NCBI GenBank assembly: GCA_030390025.1
Contig: CM059432.1
Span: 105,030,001 to 105,094,000 of the forward strand
Direction: 5' to 3'
Source: Squalus acanthias
Taxonomy: Eukaryota
DNA length: 64,000 nucleotides
Shown here: in pieces, positions 11,371-25,372 of the stretch
Layout of the letters: every line of letters begins with the position of its first letter
Numbering within the stretch: the stretch's first letter is position 1
Position numbers and translations under genes: made by a program
Notes under the pieces: generated by a model
The model's input: the letters and a program-made list of their open reading frames with translations, nothing else
Database searches by the model: none
What the model was told of the DNA's origin: nothing

Positions 11371-14300
11371 TTGACAATTTGGAAGGATAGACAGAAAGGA
11401 AAGGGAGGTGGGGTGGCTTTGTTGGTAAAGGATGGGATCAGTGCAGTGGTGAGAAGTGATATTGGCTCAGAAGATCAAGATGTAGAATCGGTTTGGGTGG
11501 AGGTGAAAAATAATAAAGGGAAAAAGTCTCTGGTGGGCGTAGTCTACAGGCCCCCGAACAGTAGCAATACTGTTGGACAGAGTATAAATCAACAAATAAT
11601 GGAGGCCTGTAAAAAAGGTACGGTAATAATCATGGGTGATTTTAATCTCCATATTGATTGGACAAATCAAATTGGCCATGGTAGCCTTGAGGAGGAGTTC
11701 ATAGAGTGCATCCGGGATGGTTTCCTAGAACAGTATGTAATGGAACCAACCAGGGAGCAGGCTATCTTGGATCAGGTACTGTGTAATGAGACAGAATTAA
11801 TAAATGATCTCATAGTAAATGAGGGAGAGTAAAGGATCCTCTAGGAAAGAGTGATTATAGCATGGTGGAATTTCAAATACAGTAGGAGGGTGAGAAAGTT
11901 GTATCTCAAACCAGTGTCCTGATCTTAAACAAAGGCAATTACAATGGCATGAGGGCAGAACTGGCTAAAGTGGACTGGAAAAATAAATTAAAGGGTAAGA
12001 CAGTTGAAATGCAGTGGCGGACATTTAAGAAGATATTTCATAACTCTCAACAAAAATATATTCCAGTGAGAAAGAAAGTTTTTAAGAGAAGGGAGCACCA
12101 TCCATGGCTAACTAAGGAAGTAAAGGATGGTATCAAATTGAAAACGCAGGCATACCATGTTGCCAAGATTGGTGGGAGACCAGAGGATTGGGAAATTTTT
12201 AAAAACCAGTAAAGGATGACTAAAAAAATAATAGAGAGAAGATGAATTATGAGAGTAAACTGGCAAGAAACATTAAAACAGATAGTAAGAGCTTCTACAA
12301 GTATATAAAAAGGAAGAGGGTAGCTAAAGTAAACATTGGTCCCTTAGAGGATGCGACTGGGGAATTAATAATGGGGAACGGGGAAATGGCTGAGACTCTG
12401 AACAAATAAATTTGTATCTGTCTTCACGGTAGAAGACACTAACAACATCCCATTAATGGATAATCAAGGGGCTACAGGGAGGGGGGAACTAAAGACAATC
12501 ACTATCACTAGGGAAATAGTACTTGGTAAAATAATGGGACTAAAAGATGACAAGTCCCCTGGACCAGATGGCCTGCATCCCAGGGTCTTAAAAGAAGTGG
12601 CTGCAGAGATAGTGGATGCATTGGTTGCAATATACCAAAATTCCCTGGATTCTGGAGAGTTCCCAGCGGATTGGAAAACTGCAAATGTAACACTCCTATT
12701 TAAGAAAGGAGGGAGACAGAAAGCAGGAAACTATAGACCAGTTAGCCTGAAAGGATTATTACTAGTTCTAGCCCCTTTTGGGCTACCCCGGATCAGGCGT
12801 ATTTACCCAGATAGTCACCTTCAACTAAAGTTAGAGGTAGCCAAATCCTAAAGATGCTTAATTGGGTCTAAAGGTCCAGACTATCTCTCCCTAAAGGAAA
12901 GGAACAGCCTGAAGATGTTACCGTCCTCCAGATAGCACTTTTAATAGGGTGAGCTAGACTGTAACATTCTGGATATTATGAGGGTCCGGAAAACTCCCTC
13001 AGAATTCTGCAACTCCTCACCAAAGAGCGTACAGAGATTGAGTTCGCGAGTTTGATACAGAAGTACTATGTGAGACAATTCTAAAAATATATAGATTTAT
13101 TAAAGAACTGACATGCAGTTTACAGTAGGTGTTTCAATCACAACATTAACAGTTCCAAATACAAAAAGCTTTTACAATCTTATTATCAGAGATCCTTATT
13201 CTCAAATCTTAACTTCGTTACATTTTTACAGTTCTTAGTTTTATTCCAGGATATCCACCAAAATCAAATACAAGTACCTTGATCCCTGAGATACAAAGAG
13301 TTGTAGACTTACAGAGCTTGCCTCTGAAGCCTGAGAATCGCTTTGCCCCTTCAAGCGAATCTATCTTCCCATTTGAAAGTCCAATTTTTATACCCTTTCT
13401 CAGTGGTATTTCCTTTGAAGTTTTCTGTGGATGTAAGCTAATTATCTCTAGTCATTTTTCTGCTGATCCCTTCTATTCTTACAGTCAGTTCAGCTGGTAG
13501 CAAGCAGACTCGTGTCTCTACCTTTAGGTGTTTCAAGTTCAACACAAAAACAATGTGATGGCTGGTGCCTCCCCCACTTGATGTCATTCTTACCAAAGTC
13601 TTCTGTTTGTATCTTTTTACAATGTGTAAATTAAAAACACCTCAACCAGGTGCACCATTGTCTTCTTAGTTACCTCAGCTGGTTGCATTAAGAATTATGT
13701 CTTTCGTGTTTCATTTGATGTTATTTTTACGAAGGCATATGTTCCTTTAATCTTATGTGATTCTTTGAAAGTGTTGGTTTAAGACACTTTAACAGGGTAT
13801 ACCATTGTGTTCTTTCCAAGCTTCAGACTTCCAGGAACCTTTAACCTTCTGTTTCATTAAGGCTATTGTTTCAGTGTCAACAACTTATCTTATCTCAACA
13901 GCCTGCATGCTGTTCACAGCTTTAGATTGTTGAGGCTTCCAGATTTTCAAGCCCAGTTTGTCATGTTTAATAAAGTCAGAATTCTTTCATAGGATGGTGT
14001 CTTTTTCTGAATATGGCGTATTCCTTCACAAGCCTAACATCTGTCATTGGGAAAATGCTGGAGTCCTTCATTAAGGAAGCAGTAGCAGGGCATTTGGAAA
14101 ATCATAATGCAGTCAAGCAGAGTCAGCATGGTTTTATGAAAGGGAAATCATGTTTAACAAACTTGCTGGAGTTCTTTGAGGAGGTAATGAGCAGGGTGGA
14201 CAAAGGTGAACCAGTGGATGTGGTGTATTTGGATTTCCAGAAGGCATTCGATAAGGTGCCACATAAAAGGTTACTGCATAAGATAAGAGCTCACGGAATT

Positions 14301-15415
14301 GGGGGTAATATATTAGCATGGATAGAGAATTGGCTAACTAACAGAAAGCAGAGAGTCGGGATAAATGGGTCATTTTCCGGTTGGCAAACGGTAACTAGTG
14401 GGGTGCCACAGGGATCGGTGCTGGAGCCTCAACTATTTACAATCTACCTTAATGACTTGGATGAAGGGACTGAGTGTAATATAGCCAAGTTTGCGGATGA
14501 TACAAAGACGGGTGGGAAAGCAAGTTGCGCAGAGGACTCAAAGAACCTGCAAAGGGATATAGACATGTTAAGTGAGTGGAAAATATTTGGCAGATGGAGT
14601 ATAATGTGGGAAAGTGCGAGGTTATACACTTTGGCAGGAAAATAAAAAAGCAAATTATTATTTAAATGGAGAGAGATTACAAAATGCTATAGTTCTGAGG
14701 GACCTGGGGGTCCTTGTGCATGAAACACAAAAAGTTAGCATGCAGGTACAGCAAGTAATCAAAAAGGCAAATGGAATGTTGGCCTTTATTTCAAAGGGGT
14801 TGGAGTATAAAAGCAGGGAAGTCCTGCTACAACTGTACAGGGTATTGGTGAGACCAAAGCTTGAGTACTGCGTACAGTTTTGGTCTCCTTATTTAAGGAA
14901 GGATATACTTGCATTGGAGGCAGTTCAGAGACGATTCACTAGGTTAATTCCAGAGATGATGGGGTTGACTTATGATGAAAGGTTGAGCAGACTGGGCCTA
15001 TACTCATTGCAATTTAGAAGAATGAGAGGTGATCTTATTGAAACATATAAGATACTGAGGGGGCATGACAAGGTAGATGCAGAGAGGATGTTTCCCCTCG
15101 TGGGGAAATCTAGAACGCGGGGGCACAGTTTTAGAATAAAGGGTCGCACTTTTAGAACTGAGATGAGGAGGAATTTCTTCTCTCAGAGGGTCGTAAATCT
15201 GTGGAATTCTCTGCCCCAGAGAGCTGTGGAGGCTGGGTCATTAAATACATTTAAGGTGGAGATAGACAAATTTTTGCAAGATAAGGGAGTGAAGGGTTAT
15301 GGGGAGCGGGCGGGGAAGTGGCTTTGAGCCAAGATCAGCCATGATCTTATTGAATGGCGGAGCAGGCTCGAGGGGCCAAGTGGTCTATTCCTGCTCCTAT
15401 TTCTTATGTTCTTAT
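11371..15415 (+). mobile_element. CR1 LINE, decayed ORF2, interrupted by a solo LTR
   Basis: APE motifs (GGGVALLV, YRPP, GDFN), RT motifs and a CR1 3' tail. PVSLTSV is split at 12747/14031. Confidence 0.92.
12748..14030 (-). mobile_element. Solo LTR (1283 bp)
   Basis: TG...CA ends with an imperfect inverted repeat; 4-bp TSD AGCC (12744-12747 and 14031-14034); minus-strand TATAAAA near 13390 and AATAAA near 13100. Confidence 0.8.
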
Positions 15416-16025
15416 ACCAGTGCATTCTTGATAAGCCAAGAAGCCTGTTTCTGTGTGGTAGCATTTTATAATTTATAAGGCTCAGCCAATGGCCCAGTAT
15501 GTAAAGACAATACTCAGTGTTGCACTAAGACATCTGGGAGGAGAAATTGGGCTCTGTAGCGTCCGTTTTTAGGGGCTAATCGACCTCCTAAAGGTCAAAA
15601 ACTAGGTCCTAGATGGTGCGCACACTTCCAATAGGAAGTACGGCGGACGACATCTTGGTAAAGGGGTCTGCGTGCACACACTTAACAACCGCTAGCAGCA
15701 TGCAGAGCAGGTAGATTATGATGTCAATCAGAGTGCAACGCTGATTTGACACCAGCACTGCCATTTTCGAAAGTCATGCTCCAGCCAACCTCCCACAACT
15801 GAACATGCATTCAACGGCATGAAGGACCCCCACCAGCGCTACTTAAAGGCATCATGAACTACTTACAGGTTAGTTGCTGGATTATTTCTTATGGCTGGTG
15901 GTGCAATTCTATGCATTTTTGGAGCTTTCCTATACTTGTCTAAAATTTCAATAGTCTACAAGGAGTGGTCTGGCTAGAGCTGAAGTACTTTTTTCTTCAT
16001 TTAAAAGCTTGTTCTGAAACAAGTT

Positions 16026-16473
16026 GGGCAACACGGTGGCATAGTGGTTAGCACTGGTGCCTCACAGCGCCAGGGACCCGGGTTCGAATCTGACCTTGGG
16101 TGACTGTCTGTGTGGAGTTTGCACATTCTCCCCGTGTCTGCGTGGGTTTCCTCCGGGTGCTCCGGTTTCCTCCCACAGTCCAAAAATGTGTGGGTTAGGT
16201 TGATTTGGCTATGATAAAAAAAAATTAAAAAAAAAATTGACCCTTAGTGTTAGGGGGGGATTAAATATGTGGGGTTATGGGGATAGGATGGGATATGTTA
16301 GGGGGAATTAAATACGTGGGGTTACGGGGGTAGGGTGGGATGTGTGTACTGTGGAGATTAAAGCAGGGACAGGGTACTGGATTTGGATGATCAGCCATGA
16401 TCGTATTGAATGGTGGAGCAGGCTCGACGGGCCGAATGGCCTACTCCTGCTCCTAGATTCTATGTTTCTATGT
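16026..16473 (+). mobile_element. tRNA-derived V-SINE (HE1-like) with a CR1-derived 3' tail
   Basis: A and B boxes (TGGCATAGTGG, GGTTCGAATC); V-domain GTGGAGTTTGCAC..GGGTTTCCTCCGGGTGCTCCGGTTTCCTCCCAC; tail 16360-16473 matches the CR1 3' ends at 7545-7660 and 18862-18975; TSD AAGTT. Confidence 0.9.
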
Positions 16474-17532
16474 AAGTTTCTTCCAGACATGGGTGGCCTG
16501 GTAGGCCTTCCTCTTGGAATTGAGCATGACTGGGAGAATGAAGAGAGGCCACGCAGAGCAGGACAAGCTGCTAGAAGAGGGAGGAGGAGGAGAGGCGCTC
16601 AGCAGGAGGCCATATCCGTCGAGTGTCTTTAGGAAGCAATTCTCTTACCTGAACTTCAGCGAGGTCCAATGCATGAGACGTCTTTGCTTCACTAAAGAGG
16701 TTGTGACTGAAATCTGCCAACTGCTGCAGCCATAACTGCAACCTCAAAGCAGGGCAAGGACTTCATTGCCTGTGGCTGTCAAGGTGACTGTAGCATTTAA
16801 CTTTATGCGTCTGGCTCCTTCCAGACTGCTGCTGGAGATATAAGAAACATCTCGGAGTTTGCAGAGCACTGCTGCATAAGGGAGAGCACTGAGGCTCTGT
16901 ATATAAAGAGAGACAGCTTCATCTCAGTCCCTTCTTGCCAAAGACAAGCAGGTGGAGTGAGCACGGGGGTTTGCTCGGATTGCAGGCTTCCCCATGGTGC
17001 AGGGCGCCATTGACTGCACGCACATTGCTTTGCGTGCACCTCATGTGAACTCTGCCATTTTCCTGAACCGAAAGGGATAACACTCCCTCAATGTGCAGTT
17101 GGTGTCTGACCACAGGCAGTGCATCAAGCAGGTGAATGCCCGTTAGCCTAGCAGTGATCATGATTCCTTCATTCTGTGGCAGTCCTCTGTGCCAGCTGTT
17201 TTTGACCCACCACGGCAAGTCAAAGGCTGGCTACTGGGCGACAAGGGTTATCCATTCATGACATGGCTCATGACTTCGGTACGGACCCATGCACACGTGC
17301 ACAGCAGGCCGACAATGAGAGCCATGCTGCCACAAGGAATATTATAGAGCACACCATTGGCATCCTCAAGTAACGTTTCCGCTGCCTGGCCCACTCTGGA
17401 GGAGCCCTGCAGTATTCAGCTGAGTGGCTATCAAGATTTGTAGTAGTCTGCTGCATGCTGCACAACCTGGCCATTATGAGGGAACAGCCCTGGCCACCAC
17501 CCATCAGGCGAGAAGCTGAGGAGCAGGAGCAC

Positions 17533-18975
17533 AATGTAACCCCACTATTTAAAAAAGGTGGTAGAGAGAAAACGGGGAATTATAGCCTGACATCGGTAGT
17601 GGGGAAAATGCTAGAGTCCATTATAAAAGATGTAATAGCAGAGCACTTGGAAAAAAGTAACAAGATCGGACAAAGTCAACATGGATTTACAAAAGGTAAA
17701 TCATGCTTGACTAATCTACTGGAATTTTTTGAAGATGTAACTGGTAGAATAGATAAGGGAGAACCAGTGGATGTGGTGTATTTGGACTTTCAGAAGGCTT
17801 TCGATAAGGTCCCGCATAAGAGATTAGCATGCAAAGGTAAAGCACATGGGATTGGGGGTAAGGTACTGACTTGGATAAAGAACTGGTTGGCAGACAGGAA
17901 GCAAAGAGTTGGAATAAACAGGTCTTTTTCCGAGTGGCCGGCAGTGACTAGTGGGGTACTGCAGGGATCGGTGCTAGGACCCTAGTTATTCACAATATAT
18001 ATTAATGATCTAGACGAGGGAACTAGATGTAATATCTCCAAGTTTGCAGACGACACAAAGCTGGGTGGGAGTGTGTGCTGTGAGGAGGATGCAGAGAAAC
18101 TCCAGTATGATTTGGACAGGTTGGGTGATTGGGCAGATGCATGGCAGATACAGTATAATGTGGATAAATGTGAGGTTATCCACTTTGGTGGCAAAAACAG
18201 GAAGGCAGATTATTATCTGAATGGCAATAGATTGGGAAAAGGGGAAGTGCAACGAGACCTGGGTGTCCTTGTGCACCAGTCGCTGAAGGTAAGCATGCAG
18301 GTGCAGCAGGTGGTTAAGAAGGCAAATGGTATGTTGGCCTTCATAGCGAGAGGATTCGAGTACAGGAACAAGGATGTCTTGCTGCAGTTGTACAGGGCCT
18401 TGGTGAGACCACACCTTGAGTATTGTGTGCAGTTTTGGTCACCTTATCTGAGGAAGGATGTTCTTGCCATGGAGGGAGTGCAGCAAAGATTCACCGGACT
18501 GATACCTGGGATGGCAGGAATGACGTATGAAGAGAGATTGGGTCGATTAGGCTTATATTCGCTAGAGTTTAGAAGAATGAGAGGGGATCTCATTGAAACT
18601 TATAAAATTCTAACAGGACTAGACAGACTAGATGCAGGAAGGATGTTCCCGATGGTGGGGGAGTCCAGAACCAGGGGTCACAGTCTAAGGATAAGGGGTA
18701 AGCCATTTAGGACTGAGATGAGGAGGAATTTCTTCACCCAGAGAGTGGTGAACCTGTGGAATTCTCTACCACAGAAGGCAGTTGAGGCCAATTCATTAAA
18801 TATATTCAAGAAGGAGTTAGATATATTTCTTAAGGCTAAAGGGATCAAGGGATATGGGGAGAAAGCAGGGACAGGGTACTGAATTTGGATGATCAGCCAT
18901 GATCTCATTAAATGGTGGAACAGGCTCGAAGGGCCGAATGGCCTACTCTTGCTCCTATCTTCTATGTTTCTATGT
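17533..18975 (+). mobile_element. CR1 LINE, 5'-truncated, same family as 5471-7662
   Basis: Near-identical sequence to 6203-7660; one in-frame stop at 17983-17985. Confidence 0.93.
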
Positions 18976-20110
18976 AAGAGGAGGAGGAGGAAGTGGAGAA
19001 GGAGCAAGTGCAACAGGAAGAGGAGGAACAGGAAGAGGAAGGGACGATACAATGTAGACAGCCCCTTTTTGCCCGGGCTCTAAGTGATCAAATAATTCAT
19101 GAGTGATACCAGTAGCCTCCACCACAAGACCCCATTCACCAGCAGTCCCACACTCCTTACCTTTCCTCTGTCACTGACCAAAACATTGTTCTCTTTCCGA
19201 CAACACAAATATAAAAGCCACCAAAAATGCACATTCCAATCCAAATTTATAAATTAAATCATGACATAATGCATACAAAAATAAATTAATCACCCTTGTG
19301 CATTCCCTTAGTGTCAGATCATTAAACTTCTTCCTGCATTGCATCCATGTTTGACGAGCAACACTTCTGGCATTGACCTCCACCGCTACTTCTTCCCACT
19401 GCCTCCTGAGCATGTGTCTGGAGGGCCTGCTGCACCCCCTGCGGATACAGATCATCTCTCCTCCTCTCCACCAGTTCCACCAAGGTCTCCAGTGCATTGT
19501 CTGAAAACCTTGCTGCATGCTCACTTGCATGTTCAGCCAATGCTCAAAGTATCACAGCACTGATTCAGTTTTGAAAAAACTCTCCACCACTTATTGCAGC
19601 CACATTGCACCTCCCCTTTAAGAGGTGCAGGCTGCCTTTAAGTAGCACTAGACACTCATGATATTGGGCCCCGGCTGATGCGTGCAGCCAATGATCAGTG
19701 TAGGTAGCACTGGCTGCGCATAGAAATCAGTTAAAAGAGCAGGCAGCATGAATTTAATGTGCTGCCTGCAACACTATGAACGGGCAAGAGTTAATCGCAC
19801 ACCGCGATCCCTGCGCCCGGTTTCAGGTCTTATCCAAGTTGTTCCCCCACCCGCACACCCTGGGTTAAAAGTTCCCAGGCTTGATTCCCAGTGTGTGTGC
19901 GCTGAGTTAACGAATCTGAGCCGGGCAGCAGTAGGGGTGCTACAATTAGCCTTGGTGTTCCGAGAGTAGGGGGATGGAAATCAGCCAAGGCTCCTGCTCC
20001 TGATCATTGTCCAATAATTTATTTTCGATGCATTTGGACCACAGGTGAGGATAGGATTAGATTTGGCTATGATGTTCTCCATAGTCAAATAGCCTATCAA
20101 CACTTACTGC

Positions 20111-21224
20111 TGACGAAATATAAAATGAATATACTAAAAGGTAGAATTAACACTCGAATGTAGAATCAATATACTGAAGGGATACTGGATTAAAGACAGA
20201 TCTGGAGAATCGACAGATTTCCAAGGTTGAACAGTAATCGACTGCAAACAGAATGTACTGTGTGATAAGATAACTGGTACAAAGATAACTGGTATTCATC
20301 TCACTAACTGGTCTGTAGATAATCTGCTCATTAGTTTTGCCTAATATAGATGTTTTTAACTCTTTTGTTATAATCATGTAATGGGCAGATGTGCCAGTGG
20401 TCACGCACACCTAGGGAAACCGTGAGCAGCTGTGCTGACTATACCCTGGGAACATACAAGATAGAATTGGTCCAGGTTAGCAGACAGCTGGTGTCTTCCA
20501 GATCGGTAATATATGATCTGTTCTTTTTGGTCCATTGATGATAGTTTGTATACAGGACTTTACTTTATGGTTTGTTTCATTGTTGAATCTGTGACTAATC
20601 AATAAAGCCTATCTGAAAGGATTCTGTTGTGGAGTGTCTTCATTGAGAGTTCCAAACCAAAATCTAAACATATAGGGGTAAAAATTTGTTATGACCTGAT
20701 TTCATGCGCATCATTGACGATACACTTCCATCATTCACTGAAACCAGGAGGCCCGAGGCTCAACAAAAATTGGGTCTAGGGCCTCATGTAATAATAGGGG
20801 GGAGCTGCTGGCCCCTGCCTTTTCTCCAGAGGCAGCTTGCACATGTAGCCGGCTTGAATTTGATCCACTCGCCTCACCGGCAGAAGACCTCAGGTAAGTA
20901 CCTGGGAGGGAAGGAGAATGCAAGGGGGAGGTGGGGGTGGGTTGATCAAAGGCAGGCAGCAGCCCTGAGGAATGCTGTTGAGCTAGATAGAGAACTACTG
21001 CTTCTTCTGGCTCCACAGCAATGTTAAAAAAAAATAATCTTAGGACGCTGCAATCACTGGAGAAACCTGTGGGAAGCAGGCTCAGCACTGCCCAATTCCC
21101 TGCAGGGGGTGTAAAACAAGCGTTAGGCCTCTTATGCAAGGAGTCTAATGCCCATAAAATGAGCGCAATGAGAACCAGTTTCTACCCCATATTTTAAAGA
21201 TCGGTCTAACAAATTAGTCCAGCA
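20111..21224 (+). mobile_element. Possible old solo LTR interrupting a SINE-like repeat, itself interrupted by a MITE
   Basis: TG...CA ends; flanks CTGC and CAGC (one mismatch); AATAAA at 20601. The flanking repeat resumes at about 21225. Confidence 0.4.
20675..21188. mobile_element. Harbinger-type MITE
   Basis: TIRs GGGGTAAAAAT and GTTTCTACCCC; 3-bp TSD ATA. Confidence 0.65.
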
Positions 21225-21312
21225 CAGCCTAGGTTTACACATGGAGAATGGCACTCAGGTGAGATACCATAAGGTTGCTTGTGCCTGTGGAACCATACCA
21301 TACATAAAGTTT

Positions 21313-22911
21313 AGCAGCTTTAAAAGTGGATAAATCCCCAGGCCCAGATGAAATGTATCCCAGGCTGTTCAGCAAAGCAAAAGAGGAAATAGCAGAGGCC
21401 CTGACCATCATTTTTCAATCCTCTCTGGCTTCAGGTGTGGTGCCGGAGGATTGGAGGACTGCTAATGTGGTACCCTTGTTTAAAAAGGGAGAAAAGGATA
21501 GACCGAGTAATTACAGGCCAGTCAGCCTAACCTCGGTGGTGGGAAAATTATTGGAAAGAATTCTGAAGGACAGGATAAATCTTCATTTAGAAAGACACGG
21601 ATTAATCAAGGATAGTCAGCGCGGATTTGTTAAGGGAAGGTCGTGTCTGACAAACTTGATTGAATTTTTTGAGGAGGTAACAAGGAGGGTAGATGAGGGT
21701 AGTGCGTTTGATGTAGTGTATATGAACTTTAGCAAGGCTTTTGATAAGGCTCCACATGGCAGACTGATCACTAAGTTAAAAGCCCATGGGATCCAGGGCA
21801 AAGTGTCAAGTTGGATTCAAAACTGGTTCGGAGACAGGAAGCAGAGGGTACTGGTTGATGGGTGCTTTTGTGACTGGGAGGCTGTTTCCAGTAGGGTTCC
21901 GCAGGGCTCAGTACCAGGTCCCTTGCTTTTTGTGGTATATATCAATGATCTAGACTTGAATATAGGCGGTATGATTAAGAATTTTGCAGATGATACTAAA
22001 ATCGGCTGTGTGGTTGATACTGAAGAAGGAAGCTGTAGACTGCAGGAAGATATCAATAAATTGGTCAGGTGTGCAGAACAGTGGCAAATGGAATTCAATC
22101 CGGAGAAGTGTGAGGTAATGCATTTGGGGAGGGCTAACAAGGAAAGGGAATACACATTAAATGGTAGGACACTGAGTAGTGTAAGGAACAAAGGGACCTT
22201 GGAGTACATGTCCACAGATCCCTGAAGGTAGCAGGCCAGGTAGATAAGATGGTTAAGAAGGCATATGAAATGCTTGCCTTTATTAACCGTGGCATAGAAT
22301 ACAAGAGCAGGCGGGTTATGCTTCAACTGTATAAAACACTAATTAGGCCTCAGCTAGAGTACTGCGTGCAGTTCTGGTCACCACATTACAGGAAAGATGT
22401 GATTACACTCGAGAGGGTACAGAGGAGATTTACAAGGATGTTACTGGGAGTAGAGAATCTTAGCTATGAGGAAAGACTGGATAGGCTGGGTCTATTTTCC
22501 TTGGAACAGAGGAGGCTGAGGGGAGACATTATTGAGGTGTATAAAATTATGAGGGGCCTAGATAAAGTGGATAGAAAGGACCTATTTCTCTTAGCAGAGG
22601 GGTCAACAACCAGGGGGCACAGATTTAAAGTAATTGGTGGAAGGTTTAGAGGGGATTTGAGGGGAAATTTCTTCACCCAGAGGGTTGTGGGGGTCTGGAA
22701 CTCACTGCCTGAAAGGGTGGTCGAGGCAGGAACCCTAACCACATTTAAAAAGTACTTGGATGTGCACTTGGGATGCTCTAACCTGCAGGGCTACGGACCA
22801 AGAGCTGGGAAGTGGGATTAGGCTGGATAGCTCTTTGTTGGCTGGCGCGGACACAATGGGCCGAAATGGTCTCCTTCCGTGCTGTAACTTTCTATGATTC
22901 TATGATTCTAC
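21313..22911 (+). mobile_element. CR1 LINE, 5'-truncated, one frameshift
   Basis: RT motifs and a (TTCTATGA)n tail. Confidence 0.92.
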
Positions 22912-23679
22912 CATAGCTGGACAAAAAGGGAGAAAAATTATATTGACATGACTAACTTTCAGATTTGTGAAAGTATCAGCAGAAAAAGTGCTCATTACTG
23001 GATAAAGGAAGATTTCTAAATTATTTTCTTTCCTTGCCCCTTCGCAGTCTTCCTCTGTCACACACAATCCAGAGTTGGATGGGTACTCCAGACTATTGCC
23101 AAATCTGCTCTAATATCATCTACTGTGAGATACACAATAGCAATATGGTGACCATCCCTTTGATTTTCTATCTCTCTCTGCCAGGAAGTGCTGGTCTGTG
23201 ATTGGTATGGCTAAACCAAGAACTCTGCATATGGGCTGAATTTGGGTGAACTATACCATCTCTAGATGAGGTTCAAGTTAAAAGATGGGCCCCACTTACC
23301 AGTATTTCTTCTCAATTATCTCCCTTTTGTTCCTGTCTTCTCCTTATATAGGGGTGCAGTTTCAAGAGCACCAACAGCACTCCAGTGCCTCAATCAAACA
23401 TCCATTCTTCACGTGTAAACCTATTCATTGAGTGTTAGCAGGCTATTTACTATGAAGGTATATGAACTAAGCCTGACCCTAGGTGTATATATGAGGGAGG
23501 ACTACTTAGGGAAGGTATTAAAGAGTTGTTGTCATGTGTGAACCCATCCCTAGCATTAGTTAGTGGTTTGAGGACAGGAAGAACAGGGGAAGAAATGACA
23601 CACCAACAGTGCATTCATGATTGTTTAAGTAGAATTTAATATTCAGTGTTACTTTGTAAGCAAGAAGAATGAAATAAAA

Positions 23680-24285
23680 ACTTGCATTTATATAATGCCT
23701 CATGATACTTCAAAGCACTTCATATTGAATTAATTACTTTTTGAAGTGCAGCCATTGTTGTTATATAGGCAAATGGAGTCGTCAAATTGCACACAGTACG
23801 GTCCCACAAAAGGCAAATGAACAAATGACCAGATAATCTGTTTTTGGTGGTGTTGGCTGAAGGAGGAATGTTGATCAGGACACCAGGGGGGCAAAATTCG
23901 GTTGCTTTGCGCCTCAAAGCAACTAGCGCCTGGGCACGGCACTGCTAACGCCTCCCGTGAAATTCAGCGGGAGGTTAGCGGCGGCGGTAGCGCCCCGTGG
24001 CACTGCGCTTCCGGCTAACTTTTTCGGGGCGCTAAAAGTAGTGTCCCGGCGAAGTTAGCGCCCCAAAGGGGGTGCGACCCAATTTTTGCCCCCAGTTATC
24101 TTCTACATCCACCTGGGCAGGTAAAGACAGGACATGGGTTTAATGTCTCATTTGAAAGATAGCACTTCAAAAAAAACAGTACTCCCTCAGCATTACACTA
24201 AAGTGTCAGCCAGATAATGTCACAAACTGAAGCTTGAACTCACAATTTTCACAGACAAGTGTGCAGCCAAGTAAGCCAAGCTAAG
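23680..24285 (-). mobile_element. DeuSINE-like SINE (decayed), interrupted by a MITE
   Basis: Reverse-complement similarity to 44915-45365. Confidence 0.6.
23887..24092. mobile_element. Short Harbinger MITE related to 61109-61859 (inverted)
   Basis: TIRs GGGGGCAAAATT and AATTTTTGCCCC; TSD CAG; subterminal sequence is the reverse complement of 61109-61180. Confidence 0.8.
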
Positions 24286-25372
24286 GAAGGGAAATACAAC
24301 ATAATGACTTGAAATGAAAAAGCTTGATGATTATACATTGGTAGTGGGGCTTATAGCCCATTTTAAACATTAGGGGTAATTTTATGAGTCTGCATTGTAG
24401 ACACAGAAAATTACTCCCGGTCAGAAAATCAGCGGTTGTGCGTACCTAAATTTCCAATTTGTGTTGTTTACAGGTAAGGCTTTTAAAATTCCTCTATTCT
24501 CTTTTGTCCTTGCTTTCACTTTGACTGTGTCTCTCTTTCTCTTTGTAATGTCCTTTAGGGAAGGAAATCTGCCCCCCTTACCTGGTCTGGGCCTATATGT
24601 GACTCCAGGCCCACAGCAATGTGGTTGACTCTTAACTGCCCTCTGAAATTGCCTTGCAAGCCACTCAGTTGTATCAAACTGCTAGGAAAAACAATAAGAA
24701 CAAAACCGGACAGATCACCCGGCATCGACCTAGACACCGGACTCGGACACAGCAAAGGTACACCCAGCTCAATCAACCCTGCAAAGACCTCCTCACTAAC
24801 ATCTGGGGACTTGTGCCAAAATTGGGGGAGCTGTCCCACAGACTAGTCAAGCAACAGCCTGACATAGTCATACTCACAGAATCATACAGCCAATGTCCCA
24901 GACTCCTCCATCACCATTCCTGGGTATGTCCTGTCCCACCGGCAGGACAGACCCACCAGGGGTGGCGGCACAATGGTGTACTGTCGGGAGGGAGTGGCCC
25001 TGGGAGTCCTCAAAATTGATTCCGGACCCCATGAAGTCTCATGGCATCAGGTCAAACATGGGCAAGGAAACCTCTTGCTGATTACCACCTACCGCCCTCC
25101 CTCAACTGATGAATCAGTACTCCTTCATGTTGAACATGACTTGGAAGAAGCACTGAGGGTAGCAAGGGCACAGAATGTACTCTGGGTGGGAGACTTCAAT
25201 GTCCATCACCAAGAGTGGCTAGGTAGCACCACTACTGACCGAGCTGGCCGAGTCCTGAAGGACATAGCCGCCAGACTGGGCTTGCAGCAGGTGGTGAGAG
25301 AACAAACACGAGGGAAAAACCTACTTGACCTCGTCCTCACCAATCTACCTGTCGCAGATGCCTCTGTCCATG

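Larger units (their letters stand above)
15536..19848. mobile_element. Decayed Harbinger: transposase on + (about 16488-17530), Myb exon 1 on - (about 19310-19540), with nested SINE and CR1
   Basis: Termini GGGAGGAGAAATTGG and CCAAGTTGTTCCCCC; GAIDCTH, LGDKGY and CCMLHN fragments; Myb WEEVAVEVNARS..WMQCRKKFNDL. Confidence 0.88.

Noticed and set aside
16026..16100. tRNA gene
   Set aside because: It is the tRNA-derived head of a SINE, followed by the V-domain and flanked by a TSD.
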